From the NCBI GenBank assembly GCA_965232515.1, contig CBDDPY010000002.1, positions 2,432,001 through 2,496,000 of the forward strand: a stretch of 64,000 bases of DNA, given 5' to 3'. Of the stretch, positions 18,994 through 29,400 are shown one piece after another. The notes under the pieces are model-generated. The model did no database searches. It had not been told where the DNA came from and was given only the letters and a program-made list of their open reading frames with translations. Made by a program: the position numbers and the translations under genes. Within the stretch, counting starts at the first letter, position 1. Every line of letters begins with the position of its first letter. Origin of the DNA: Alphaproteobacteria bacterium. GTDB lineage: Bacteria; Pseudomonadota; Alphaproteobacteria; GCA-2731375.

Positions 18994-19854
18994 GTGAGCG
19001 ACCTCGCCGTCATTCGGCGCGCCTACGCCAAGCAGATCATGGCGGCGGCCGGTGTCGGCGACGCGAAAATCGAGGCCGCCTTCGCGTCGGTGCCGCGCGA
19101 ACGCTTTCTCGGCCCCGGTCCCTGGCCAATCCTGCGCTGGGGCCGCGGCTACGTGCTGTCGCCAAACGCCGACCCGGTCTACCTCTATGCAGATGTCCTG
19201 GTCGGCATCGACCGCCAGCGCGAGCTCAACAACGGCCAGCCCTCCTTCCACGCGCTGCTGATGTCGCGCATGGCGCCGGCCAGCGGCGACCATGTCGTGC
19301 ATGTCGGCAGCGGCACGGGCTATTTCAGCGCCATCCTGGCGCATGCCGTCGGCGAGAGCGGCCGTGTCACCGCGATCGAGTACGACGCCCGCCTGGCCCG
19401 GCTCGCGGCCGAAAACCTGGCGCCATATCCGCATGTCACGGTCGTGCAGGGCGACGGCGCCGTGGCCGACTTCGATCCGGCCGACGGCATCTACGTGAAT
19501 GCCGGCGCCACGCGTCCGGCCGACATCTGGCTCGACCGCCTGAAGCCGAAGGGACGCCTGATCCTACCGCTCACCACCGAGAAGGGCTTCAGCGCCGGCG
19601 AGCCCGAGCAGATCGCCCGGCGCGGCGCCGTGTTCCGCATCCAGCGCCTTACCGACCGCTACTCGGCGAAATGGCTGAGCCCCGTCGCCATCTTTCCCTG
19701 CGCCGGCATGCGCGATGCCGACTCGGAAGCCGCCCTGGCGCGGGCGCTCGAGAACGGCGGCTGGGATTTCGTCAAGAGCCTGCGCCGCGACAACGCCGTG
19801 CCGGTCGAACGCTGCTGGCTCTGGGCCGACGGCTGGTGCCTGACCTACGACTGA
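18994..19854 (+). CDS. Protein-L-isoaspartate O-methyltransferase family protein
   Basis: AFASVPRERF, NNGQPS, HVGSGTGYFSAILA SAM motif, IYVNAG. Start uncertain (18958 or 18994). Confidence 0.85.
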   Translation: MSDLAVIRRAYAKQIMAAAGVGDAKIEAAFASVPRERFLGPGPWPILRWGRGYVLSPNADPVYLYADVLVGIDRQRELNNGQPSFHALLMSRMAPASGDHVVHVGSGTGYFSAILAHAVGESGRVTAIEYDARLARLAAENLAPYPHVTVVQGDGAVADFDPADGIYVNAGATRPADIWLDRLKPKGRLILPLTTEKGFSAGEPEQIARRGAVFRIQRLTDRYSAKWLSPVAIFPCAGMRDADSEAALARALENGGWDFVKSLRRDNAVPVERCWLWADGWCLTYD

Positions 19855-21086
19855 CAGCGGCGGACCGTCCGGTTTCCGGACCGGCGGCCGACGACGATGC
19901 GGCCACGCGCTGGGGAATCGTCGCGCTCGCCGTCGGCGCCGGCATCATCACCGGCCTGCAGGTCGGCAAGGTGCCGCCGGCGATCCCCGACATGCGCGCC
20001 GAGCTGGGGCTGAGCCTGGTCACCGCCGGCTGGATGGCCTCGCTCTTCAACGCCGTCGGCGCCGCGCTCGGCATTGCCGCCGGCCTGTTCGCCGACCGCA
20101 TCGGCGCGCGGCGGTCGATCGGCCTGGGCGTGCTGCTGCTGGCGCTCGGCAGCGCCGGCGGCAGCCTGGCGGCCGACGCCTGGCACATCCTGCTGGCCCG
20201 GACCGTCGAGGGCATCGGCTTCGTCGCCGTCGTCGTCGCCGGCCCGCGCATCATCGTCGCCGCCGCGCGGTCGCGCGATCACGGCCTCGCGCTCGGTATC
20301 TGGAGCACCTATATGCCGGCCGGCATGGCCATCGCCATGCTGGCGGCGCCGCTCATCCTGTCGGCCTTCGGCTGGCGCGGGTTATGGCTGGCCAATGTCG
20401 GCGTCATGCTGGCCTTCGCGCTCGTCTTCGTTTTGGCGACCGCGCCGCGACGCTGGCCAGGCGCGCCGGCCGCGGGTGGCCGTCTCGGCGCCGCTGACCT
20501 GCGCGCCACGGTCCTCCGGCCCGGCCCCTGGCTGCTGGGCGGCTGTTTCGCCTGCTATTCGATCCAGTTCTTCGCCGTGATGTCCTGGCTGCCGACGTTT
20601 CTGATCGAGACCCAGGGCCGCAGCCTGGCCGCAGCCTCGCTGTTCGGCGCTATCACGGTCGCCGCCAACGTCATCGGCAATGTCGCCAGCGCCTGGGCCA
20701 TGCATGCCGGCATCGGTCGCCGGCATTTAATGACCACGGCCTATCTGGTGATGGCCGGCTGCGCGGTCGGCATCTTCGCGGATATCGTCGACGCCGTGTG
20801 GAAGCTGCCGCTGGCGCTCGCTTTCAGCGCCTTCGGCGGCCTGCTGCCGGCGGCGACGCTCGCCGGCGCGGCGGCGCACGCGCCGACCCCGGCCCAGGTC
20901 TCGACCACGAACGGCTTCGTCGTGCAGGGCTCCAATACCGGCAGCCTGCTCGGCCCGCCGGTGATGGCGCTTCTGGTCGCCGTCGGCGGCGGCTGGCAGC
21001 AGACCTGGGGCCTGATGGTTGCCTGCGGCGCGCTGGGGCTTATCCTGCTGGCCGGTTTGGCCCGGGTGGAGAGGAAACTGCGGTGA
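19851..21086 (+). CDS. MFS transporter
   Basis: About 12 hydrophobic segments; GLFADRIGARR motif A. Start uncertain. Confidence 0.87.
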   Translation: MTAADRPVSGPAADDDAATRWGIVALAVGAGIITGLQVGKVPPAIPDMRAELGLSLVTAGWMASLFNAVGAALGIAAGLFADRIGARRSIGLGVLLLALGSAGGSLAADAWHILLARTVEGIGFVAVVVAGPRIIVAAARSRDHGLALGIWSTYMPAGMAIAMLAAPLILSAFGWRGLWLANVGVMLAFALVFVLATAPRRWPGAPAAGGRLGAADLRATVLRPGPWLLGGCFACYSIQFFAVMSWLPTFLIETQGRSLAAASLFGAITVAANVIGNVASAWAMHAGIGRRHLMTTAYLVMAGCAVGIFADIVDAVWKLPLALAFSAFGGLLPAATLAGAAAHAPTPAQVSTTNGFVVQGSNTGSLLGPPVMALLVAVGGGWQQTWGLMVACGALGLILLAGLARVERKLR

Positions 21087-21547
21087 CGGTGCGTTATTTC
21101 GATGATTTTTCGGTCGGCGAACGTTTCGTCACGGCCGCCAAGACCGTGACCGAAAGCGAGATCCAGCGCTTCGCCCTCGAGTTCGACCCGCAGCCGTTTC
21201 ACCTCGACGCCGCCGCGGCGGAGGAGACCCCGTTCGGCGGCCTGATCGCCAGCGGCTTCCACACGCTGTCGCTCAGCATGAGCCTGTTCTTTCGCATGCG
21301 CCTGCTGGAACAGCCGAACCTCGGCTCGCCCGGTATCGACGAAATCCGCTGGCTGCAGCCGTTGCGGCCCGGCGACACGATCCATCAGGTCGCCGAGATC
21401 GTCGACCTCAAACGCTCGAAGTCAAAGCCCGACCGCGGCGTCATCTGGATGCGCCACGACACGCTCAATCAACAAAATGAGATGATCATGCAGCTCCGCT
21501 GCATGCACATGCTGCGCCGGAAGACCGGCGCGCCGGATCAGGCGTAG
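21083..21547 (+). CDS. MaoC family dehydratase
   Basis: YFDDFSVGE, FDPQPFHLD, FGGLIASGFHT, PLRPGD; GTGA overlap. Confidence 0.9.
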   Translation: MTVRYFDDFSVGERFVTAAKTVTESEIQRFALEFDPQPFHLDAAAAEETPFGGLIASGFHTLSLSMSLFFRMRLLEQPNLGSPGIDEIRWLQPLRPGDTIHQVAEIVDLKRSKSKPDRGVIWMRHDTLNQQNEMIMQLRCMHMLRRKTGAPDQA

Positions 21548-21747
21548 CTGATCCTCTCTTCAGGCTCGAACCGCTGCAGATTCTGCGGCAGCCGGTCGAT
21601 CGCCTGCACGACGCCGAGCCAGTGATTGGACAGCGCGGCGCGGCGCGCGCCGTCATGGCCCAGATGATTCGTCAGCTCGATCGCGACCCGTTCGACCGGA
21701 TCGGTGGTGTCGGTAACGGCGGCAAGAAAGGCCATCCTGGCCTCCAT
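21538..21747 (-). CDS. Small hypothetical protein
   Basis: 69-aa ORF with an AGGA RBS and a palindromic box upstream; no family recognised. Confidence 0.55.
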   Translation of the reverse strand: MEARMAFLAAVTDTTDPVERVAIELTNHLGHDGARRAALSNHWLGVVQAIDRLPQNLQRFEPEERISYA

Positions 21748-21814
21748 CGCTTTGAATTCCTGATCATTTGGCCCAAGGACCATGTGACGAATATGCAATC
21801 CCGGGACCACTCAC

Positions 21815-21834
21815 GCAGTGATCGACGTCACTGC
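21815..21834. promoter_or_regulatory. CRP-like palindrome GCAGTGA-N6-TCACTGC
   Basis: Perfect 7-6-7 inverted repeat with GTGA-N6-TCAC core, about 70 bp upstream of 21747. Confidence 0.5.
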
Positions 21835-22085
21835 AGATTTCCAAGCCGAATCAAGAAGTTATGGCAGAGCCTCGAACACCTCGGACGGCCGGGTGTTTCA
21901 TACTGGCGATCAGTTATGAAACTTCCGTCAGCACGCTTGCCGATCTGGCACGCCAAGCTGACACATGCCGGGACACCTCAGTAAAGTCGGTAAAATTACC
22001 CACAAAAACGCCGGTAATTGCCGTTATTGTTAGGTCGGGCGGGCCGTCGCAACGCGGCAGACATGATCGTCACGAGTAACAGGAC

Positions 22086-22415
22086 ATGACCATTCGCACA
22101 GCCAAGTTTCAGATCGGCGACATCGTCCGTCATCGCATCCACCCGTTTCGCGGCGTGATCTTCGATGTCGATCCGGTGTTCAGCAACACCGAGGAATGGT
22201 GGCTGTCGATCCCCGAGGAGATGCGGCCGGCGAAGGACCAGCCCTACTATCACCTGTTCGCCGAGAATGACGAGACCACCTACATCGCCTATGTCTCGGA
22301 ACAGAACCTGCTGCCGGACGAGACCGGCAAGCCGGTTTCGCACCCGCAGATCAGCATGGTCTTCTCGGGCGTCGAGAACGGCCGCTATGTCATGCGGAAC
22401 GGCCAGACCAACTGA
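22086..22415 (+). CDS. hspQ: Heat shock protein HspQ
   Basis: AKFQIGDIVRHR, FRGVIFDVDPVF, KDQPYYHLFAEN, YVSEQNL. Confidence 0.95.
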   Translation: MTIRTAKFQIGDIVRHRIHPFRGVIFDVDPVFSNTEEWWLSIPEEMRPAKDQPYYHLFAENDETTYIAYVSEQNLLPDETGKPVSHPQISMVFSGVENGRYVMRNGQTN

Positions 22416-22450
22416 GCGGAACCGCGACAGGCCAGTCAGCGAGGAGCGAC

Positions 22451-22939
22451 ATGCAAGATCTCACGGCCATGGGCGAGCGGATCAGCCGCCTGCTGAAAGA
22501 ACGCGGTCAGACGGTCGCCGTGTCCGAGTCCTCCACTGGCGGCCTGGTCTCCGCCGCCCTGCTGGCGGTGCCCGGCGCGTCCGCCTATTTCCTCGGCGGC
22601 GGGGTTATCTATACCCGGTCGGCGCGGGACGCTCTGCTCGGCATCGGCGATGCCGACATGAAAGGCATGCGCTCGAGCAGCGAGCCCTACGCCCAGCTCG
22701 CCGCGCGAACGATCCGGGACCGGCTCGGCGCCGACTGGGGCTTGAGCGAGACCGGCGCCGCCGGGCCCACAGGCAACCGCTACGGCGATGCGGCGGGCCA
22801 TACCTGCATGGCCGTCGCCGGCCCATTGGAGGCGGCCAAGACGCTTGAGACCGGCAGCGACGACCGGCAGGCCAATATGTGGCGTTTCGCCGAGGCGACG
22901 CTGGCCCATTTCGAGGATTGCCTGCGCCGGGAGGGTTGA
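22451..22939 (+). CDS. CinA/PncC family protein
   Basis: VAVSESSTGGLVSA, VPGASAYFLGG, ETGAAGP. Confidence 0.88.
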   Translation: MQDLTAMGERISRLLKERGQTVAVSESSTGGLVSAALLAVPGASAYFLGGGVIYTRSARDALLGIGDADMKGMRSSSEPYAQLAARTIRDRLGADWGLSETGAAGPTGNRYGDAAGHTCMAVAGPLEAAKTLETGSDDRQANMWRFAEATLAHFEDCLRREG

Positions 22940-23157
22940 TCCGTCGAACAATCGTTCGCGAGCGGCTGAAATGGCCGTAACACAACCATAAGGTTTAGCG
23001 CGTTTTTACGATTTCTTCGCTTTCCCCGGCGATAACCAGGGCAGGGGCTTAGCGTTGATCGACCCGTCAAGCGTATCGAGAATTTCAACCTTGGCGGGTT
23101 GTTGGACTCCATAAGTCCCCGAAGACTGGTTCGGGCCGGAGGTTTCAACCGCATCGG

Positions 23158-25014
23158 ATGGCGCAATATGCAGCCTCCCTTGATGTCGACGATCAGCACA
23201 CAGCCGATCGACCAACGCCGCCATTGCTGGCCGGCGCCGTCGTATCGCACCCGCCGCCCCCCGCCCGCCGCCGTCTTGCCGGCGTTCTTGGCGCCGTCGC
23301 GGCGTTGCTCGTCGCCATCGGCCTGTTGGTCCTGCTTCGCCTGGTGTTCGCCGGCGAAACAGGCTTGCTGTCGGCAATCCTGCTCGCGACGAGCGGTCTG
23401 GCCGCCGGCGGCGCCGGCCTCGGCGTTCGCCACGCCATCCTGAAAAGCCGAACCGCCGATCCCGAGCGACCCGCCGCGCCGGCCGGGCCCACCGATCCCA
23501 TGGCGCTCATCGTGGGCCTGCTGGACCGGCTGCCGGACGGCGTCGCCTGGTGGGACGCGGACGACCGCCTGATTGTCTGCAACCGGGCCTACCGAACCGA
23601 GCTCGACTCGGCGCAGGATCTGGTCCGGCCCGGCATCAAATTCGAGGACATGATCCGGGGACTGGTCGAGGCCGATGCCATACCGGAAGCGCACGGCATG
23701 GCCGAGGCCTGGATCCGCGGACGGCTGGCGCAGCATCAGGCCGCGGACAGCGCCAGCGAGCGCATGCTGCCCGACGGGCGCTGGATCCAGATCACCGAGA
23801 GCCGGACCGGGGACAAAGGCGTGCTGACTGTCTGCACCGACATCAGCGACAAGAAGCGCCGCGAGAAGACCCTGCGCGAGACCCAGGAGCGTTACACGCT
23901 CGCCATGCACGGCGCCAACGAGGGCCTGTGGGACTGGAACATCAGCAGCGGCGAGCTCTACATCTCGCCGCGCGTGATGGCCATCCTGCATCTCGACAAG
24001 ACGGACGCGCCGATGACGGCCGACGACTGGCTCGGCCTGATCCGGTCCGACGATGTCGAGCGCTACAAGGCGACGATCCGCCAGCATCTGCGCGGCGAGG
24101 TGCCGGTCTATCAGTGCGAATACCGCGTCGTCGGCAGCGACGATGTCGAGCGCTGGGTCTTCGACCGCGGCCTGGCCTTGCGGGACTCGACCGGCCGGGC
24201 CTATCGCATGGCCGGCTCGATCGGCGACATCACCGAGCGCAAGAACGCCGAGGCCGAGCTGCAGGCCGCCATCGAGCAGGCCCAGCTTGCCAGCCGGGCC
24301 AAATCGGAATTCCTGGCCAATGTCAGCCACGAGCTGCGCACGCCGCTGAACGCGATCATCGGTTTTTCCGAGATCATGAAGGAAGAGATGTTCGGACCGC
24401 TGGGCGCGAAGGAATACAAATCCTATGTCGAGGACATCAAGTATTCCGGCCAGCATCTGCTGGAGCTGATCAACGACATTCTCGACGTCTCCAAGGCCGA
24501 GGCCGGCAAGCACAGCCTGCAGGAGGCCGACATCGATCTGCCGACCTGCGTGCAGATCTGTCTGCGCCTGGTGGCCGAGCGGGCGGCCGAGGGCAATGTC
24601 GAGCTGGTGATCGACATCCCCAACGATCTGCCGCCGTTGAATGCCGACGAGCGCAAGCTGAAGCAGATGCTGATCAACCTGATGAGCAATGCTGTGAAGT
24701 TCACGCCGTCCGGCGGACGGGTCGGCATCGCGGCGGAAATCGTCGACGACGGTGCGCTTCACGTGGTTGTGACCGATACCGGCATTGGCATGTCGGAACC
24801 CGACATCGAGCTGGCGCTGAAGCCGTTCGAGCAGGTCGACAGCTCCTTCAACCGCAAATACGAGGGCACCGGCCTCGGCCTGCCGATCGTCAAGTCGCTG
24901 ATCGAGCTGCATGGCGGCGGCCTGGAGATGCGCAGCCAGCCGGGCGTCGGCACGTCGGCGACCCTGCGCTTCCCGGCCCGCCGGATTCGCCATCACCAGG
25001 ACGCCGCGCAGTAG
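23158..25014 (+). CDS. Membrane PAS-PAS sensor histidine kinase (PleC/DivJ-like H-box)
   Basis: Two TM helices, two PAS domains, SEFLANVSHELRTPLNAIIGFSE, NLMSNAVKFT, DTGIG, GTGLGL. Confidence 0.92.
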   Translation: MAQYAASLDVDDQHTADRPTPPLLAGAVVSHPPPPARRRLAGVLGAVAALLVAIGLLVLLRLVFAGETGLLSAILLATSGLAAGGAGLGVRHAILKSRTADPERPAAPAGPTDPMALIVGLLDRLPDGVAWWDADDRLIVCNRAYRTELDSAQDLVRPGIKFEDMIRGLVEADAIPEAHGMAEAWIRGRLAQHQAADSASERMLPDGRWIQITESRTGDKGVLTVCTDISDKKRREKTLRETQERYTLAMHGANEGLWDWNISSGELYISPRVMAILHLDKTDAPMTADDWLGLIRSDDVERYKATIRQHLRGEVPVYQCEYRVVGSDDVERWVFDRGLALRDSTGRAYRMAGSIGDITERKNAEAELQAAIEQAQLASRAKSEFLANVSHELRTPLNAIIGFSEIMKEEMFGPLGAKEYKSYVEDIKYSGQHLLELINDILDVSKAEAGKHSLQEADIDLPTCVQICLRLVAERAAEGNVELVIDIPNDLPPLNADERKLKQMLINLMSNAVKFTPSGGRVGIAAEIVDDGALHVVVTDTGIGMSEPDIELALKPFEQVDSSFNRKYEGTGLGLPIVKSLIELHGGGLEMRSQPGVGTSATLRFPARRIRHHQDAAQ

Positions 25015-25039
25015 GCTTTGTTGGTTTCTCTTCGAAACC

Positions 25040-25126
25040 GGCTCGACCCATCCCGCTCCCCCACCCGACCACCCATTGAGCATACTTCCGTGGGTGGTCG
25101 GGTGGGGGAGCGGGATGGGTCGAGCC
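25040..25126. repeat. Perfect 36-bp inverted repeat with a G-rich arm
   Basis: GGCTCGACCCATCCCGCTCCCCCACCCGACCACCCA (25040-25075) and its exact reverse complement (25091-25126), 15-nt loop. Confidence 0.9.
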
Positions 25127-25289
25127 ACCGGCCCTTGGCCGGCCAAAAGATTCCGAGAGTCGACGTAATCCGCCGCAGGAAGTATGATCCGGGCCTCGGA
25201 AGGGCTTGAACGTTCGACGCGCGCGGGGCTTGAATTTGTGCCGCGCGACGACACTTCCACTAAGCGTAGACAGACATTTCAGGATTCGC

Positions 25290-26444
25290 ATGAATCGCCG
25301 CCCGAATACGCCATGCGGCCCGGTTCCGCAGCCCGTGCCCCTGGCCGCGGGCGGTTGGTTATGCGCGCTTTTGCTGCTGGCCGCGATCGTCTTCGCGGCC
25401 GCATCCCCGGCTGACGCCCAGGGCCGACCGGCGCTCGTCGGCGTCGACGAGGTGACGGTGACGCCGGTTTCGCAGACCTTCCCCGTCCTCGGCCGCATGG
25501 TCGCGCGCAAGTCCGGCATCGTCGCGACGCGGGTCCGGGGACCGGTGGCCGAGCTTAAGGTCGCGGTCGGGGACCGGGTCAGGGCCGGCGACGTCATTGC
25601 CCTGCTCGATGTCGACCAGTTGCGCTGGCAACGTGAGCTCCGGGCCGCCGAATTCGCCGAGAAGAATGCCGAGCTCGAAACCGAGCAAGCCCGCCTCAAC
25701 ATGGTCAATCAGGAGCTGCGGCGCCTCGACCGTCTGCGGACCAACAAGTCGGCCGCGTTCCGGGTTGCGCAATTCGACGACAAGACCGTCGAAGCGGCCA
25801 TGATCGGCAGCAGCGTCGCCGAAGCGCGGGCCCGCGTGAAGCAGGCCGAAGCCGATCTCGAACTGGTCCAGATCGATCTTGAGAACGCGCAGATCCGGGC
25901 GCCCTACCCCGGCGTGATCACCCGGCTGCACACGGAAGCCGGCGCTTATCTAACGGTTGGCGACCCGGTCGTGGCCATGCTCGACGACGCCGATCTCGAG
26001 ATCGAGGCCGACGTGCCGGTCGATCGGATCGCCGCGCTCAGCCCTGGCAAGATCGTCAATGTCAGCATCGATGGCGAAGGCCGTCAGGTCATGGTGCGGG
26101 CCGTGGTGCCGGAGGAGAATCCGCTGACCCGGACCCGCGCCGTCCGCCTGACGCCGAAATTCGGCACCAACGGCGGCCAGTTCGCCGCCAACCAGAGCGC
26201 CACCGTCCATGTCCCCATCGGCAAATCGCGCGACGCCGTCACCGTGCACAAGGACGCGGTCCTGAACCGCCGCGGCGGCCACATGGTGTTCGTCGTCACC
26301 GACGGCAAGGCCATGCCCCGGCCCATCGTCCTGGGCGAGGCCGTCGGCGGGCGTTTCGAAGTGCAAAACGGCCTTCAGGCGGGCGACATCGTGGTGATCC
26401 GCGGCAACGAACGATTGCGGCCGCAACAGCCCGTGCAATTCTGA
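25290..26444 (+). CDS. RND efflux periplasmic adaptor subunit
   Basis: Signal/TM segment, VGDRVRAGDVIALLD and IRAPYPGVI lipoyl-like motifs, coiled coil, GLQAGDIVVIRG. Confidence 0.92.
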   Translation: MNRRPNTPCGPVPQPVPLAAGGWLCALLLLAAIVFAAASPADAQGRPALVGVDEVTVTPVSQTFPVLGRMVARKSGIVATRVRGPVAELKVAVGDRVRAGDVIALLDVDQLRWQRELRAAEFAEKNAELETEQARLNMVNQELRRLDRLRTNKSAAFRVAQFDDKTVEAAMIGSSVAEARARVKQAEADLELVQIDLENAQIRAPYPGVITRLHTEAGAYLTVGDPVVAMLDDADLEIEADVPVDRIAALSPGKIVNVSIDGEGRQVMVRAVVPEENPLTRTRAVRLTPKFGTNGGQFAANQSATVHVPIGKSRDAVTVHKDAVLNRRGGHMVFVVTDGKAMPRPIVLGEAVGGRFEVQNGLQAGDIVVIRGNERLRPQQPVQF

Positions 26445-26469
26445 CGGCTTGTCGTAAGCTGGAGCGATC

Positions 26470-29400
26470 ATGGACCTGATACGCTTGGCCATCGAACGAC
26501 CGACCGCGGTGTTGGCGGCGGTCTTCATGGTGCTGATGTTCGGGCTTCTGGCGCTCAAGACCATCCCGATCCAGCTGACGCCGGATATCGACCGACCGGT
26601 CCTGCAGGTCACCACGACCTGGCCCGGCGCGGCGCCGGCGGAAGTCGAGCGCGAGCTCACCAATCGTCAAGAAGAAGTGCTGAAGGGCCTCGAGGGCGTG
26701 GTCGAGATGACCAGCAATTCCGAGGACGGCCGCGCGCGTATCACACTCGAGTTCGGCGTCAGCACCAACATGGACCGGGCGCTCTTGCTGCTGGCGAACC
26801 GTCTGGACCGTGTCGACGGCTATCCCGACGAGGTCGACGAGCCGCGCATCAGCACCCAGGGCTCGGAAGACAACCCCATTGCCTGGTTCATCATCAAGCG
26901 GGTCGAGGGCAACGAGCGGCCGATCCACACCTACCGCGATTTTGTCGAGGACGTCGTCGCCGACCGGCTGGAACGCGTGCCGGGCGTCTCGGGCACGAAC
27001 TTCTACGGCGGCGGCGAGCGCGAGATGCGCATCATCGTCGACCCGACCAAGATGGCCCGATACGGCCTGACTGTGTCGCGGGTCGTCGACGTGCTGCGGG
27101 CGGCAAACTGGTCGATCACCGGCGGCGACGTCGAGGAAGGCAAGCGCCGCTACGTCGTCCGCACCGAGAATGAGTTCACGACGCCCGAGCAGGTCGCCGC
27201 CGTCGTCCTGCGCAGCGAGAGCGACGACGATTCCGGCCGCGTCGGCCGGGTCACGGTCGGCGACATCGCTCGGGTCGAGTTCGGCTACAAGGATCCCGTC
27301 GCGACCATCCGCAACCTCGGCGATTCGTCGCTGGCCGTGAACGCCACCCGCGAGACCGGCGCCAACGTGATCGAGGTCATGGAAGGCATCCGGGCGGCCA
27401 TTGCCGAGCTCGAAGCCGGCGCCCTGCCCGCGGAGGGCCTGCGCATCAAGCAGGTCTACGACGAGACCGTTTACATCGATTCCGCCATCGATCTGGTACA
27501 GACCAACATCTTCGTCGGCGGCGTGCTGGCGGCCATCGTGCTGATGCTGTTCCTGCGCTCCGGCCGGGCGACGCTGGTGGTCAGCCTGGCGATCCCGGTC
27601 TCGGTGGTGGGCTCCTTCGTCGCCATGGCGGCGCTCGGCCGGTCTTTGAACGTGATCTCGCTCGCCGGCATCGCCTTCGCGGTCGGCATGGTCGTCGATG
27701 CCGCCATCGTCGTGCTGGAGAACATCTACCGGCACCGCCAGGAGGGCAAACCGCCGAAGGAAGCGGCCTATCTCGGCGCGCGCCAGGTCTGGGGGGCGAT
27801 CCTGGTCTCGGCGCTGACCACGGTGATGGTGTTCCTGCCGATCATGGTGATGGAACTGGAGGTCGGCCAGCTGTTCCGCGACATCGCCGTCGCCATCTCG
27901 GTCTCCGTCATGCTGTCCCTCATCGTCGCCGTGACCGTCATCCCAGCGCTGTCGCAGCGCCTGCTGTCGGACAAGACCAAAAGTTTGACCCAGCGCTTGC
28001 ACCTGCCGCTGATCGACAGCTTCGCGTCCGGCTTCGTCGCCACCATCATGCGCTTCACGCGAGCCGTTGTGGCCAGCCGCGTGCTCGCGATCGCGGTTGT
28101 CGCGATGGTGTCCGGCTCGGCCGCGATCGCCACCTGGGCCTTCCTGCCGAAGCTGGATTATCTGCCCGACGGCAACCGCAATCTGGTGTTCGGCGTGATC
28201 CTGCCGCCGCCGGGCTACAATCTCAAAACCACCACCAGCATCGCCGAGTCGCTGGAATCGACGGTCCGGCCCTATTGGGCGTCCGAGACCGGGCCTGAAG
28301 CCGGACCGGACGAACCGCCGAAGATGGAGAGCTTCTTCTTCGTCGCCTTCCGCGGCACCACGTTCATCGGCGCCAGCGCGGTCGATCCGACCCGTGTAGC
28401 GGAGATGATTCCGGTGCTCCAGGAACCGATCTTCCGCGAGCCCGGCACCTTCGGCTTCATCTCGCAGCGCTCGCTGTTCGGCCGCGGCATCGGCGGCGGC
28501 CGCACCATCAGCCTGAACGTCTCTGGCGGCGATCTCGAAACCATTCTCGGCGTCGCCCTGCAGGCGGTCGGCATCGTCGGCCAGGTCCTGCCGCGCGAGC
28601 AGGGCAATCAGCTGCGCCCGATCCCCGGCCTGGAACTGGGCGCACCCGAGGTCCGCGTGATTCCAGATCCCGTGCGACTGGCCGACAACGGCGTCTCGGC
28701 GCGCGAGCTCGGCCTGACGGTCGACGCCTTCAACGACGGCCTGCGCGTGGCCGAGATCACCGTCGAGGGCAAGCGTCTGGATTTGACGCTCTTGGGACCC
28801 ATACGCGCCGTCTCCGAGACCCAGGGCATCGGCCAGCTTCCCGTGGTGACGGAATCCGGCAAGATCCTGCCGGCGCGGTCGCTCGCCGACATCGCCATCA
28901 CCGCCGGCCCGACCGAGATCCGCCACCTGGAGCGCGTGCGCACGGTGACGCTCGAGATAAGGCCGACGCCAACCATGCCGCTCGAGGCCGCGCTCGACAT
29001 CCTCAACGCCGAGGTCATCGACAAGCTGACCGCACAGGGCCTGCCGCCGGGCGTGCGACTGTCGCTGACGGGCACGGCCGACAAGCTGACCCAGACCTGG
29101 AACCACATGGTCGTGGACCTGATTGTCGCCGTTATCATCGTTTATCTGGTGATGGCGGTGCTGTTCGAGAGCTTCCTGTTCCCGCTGATCATCGTGTTGT
29201 CGGTGCCGCTGGCGACGGCGGGCGGCATCGGTGGGCTGGGGCTGCTCAACCTCTATACCTTCCAGGCGCTCGACATGCTGACCATGCTCGGCTTCGTGAT
29301 CCTGGTCGGTATTGTCGTGAACAACGCCATTCTGCTCGTGCATCAGACGCTGTTCCACGTACGCCAGGAGGGCCTCGCCGCCACCGACGCCATCATCGAA

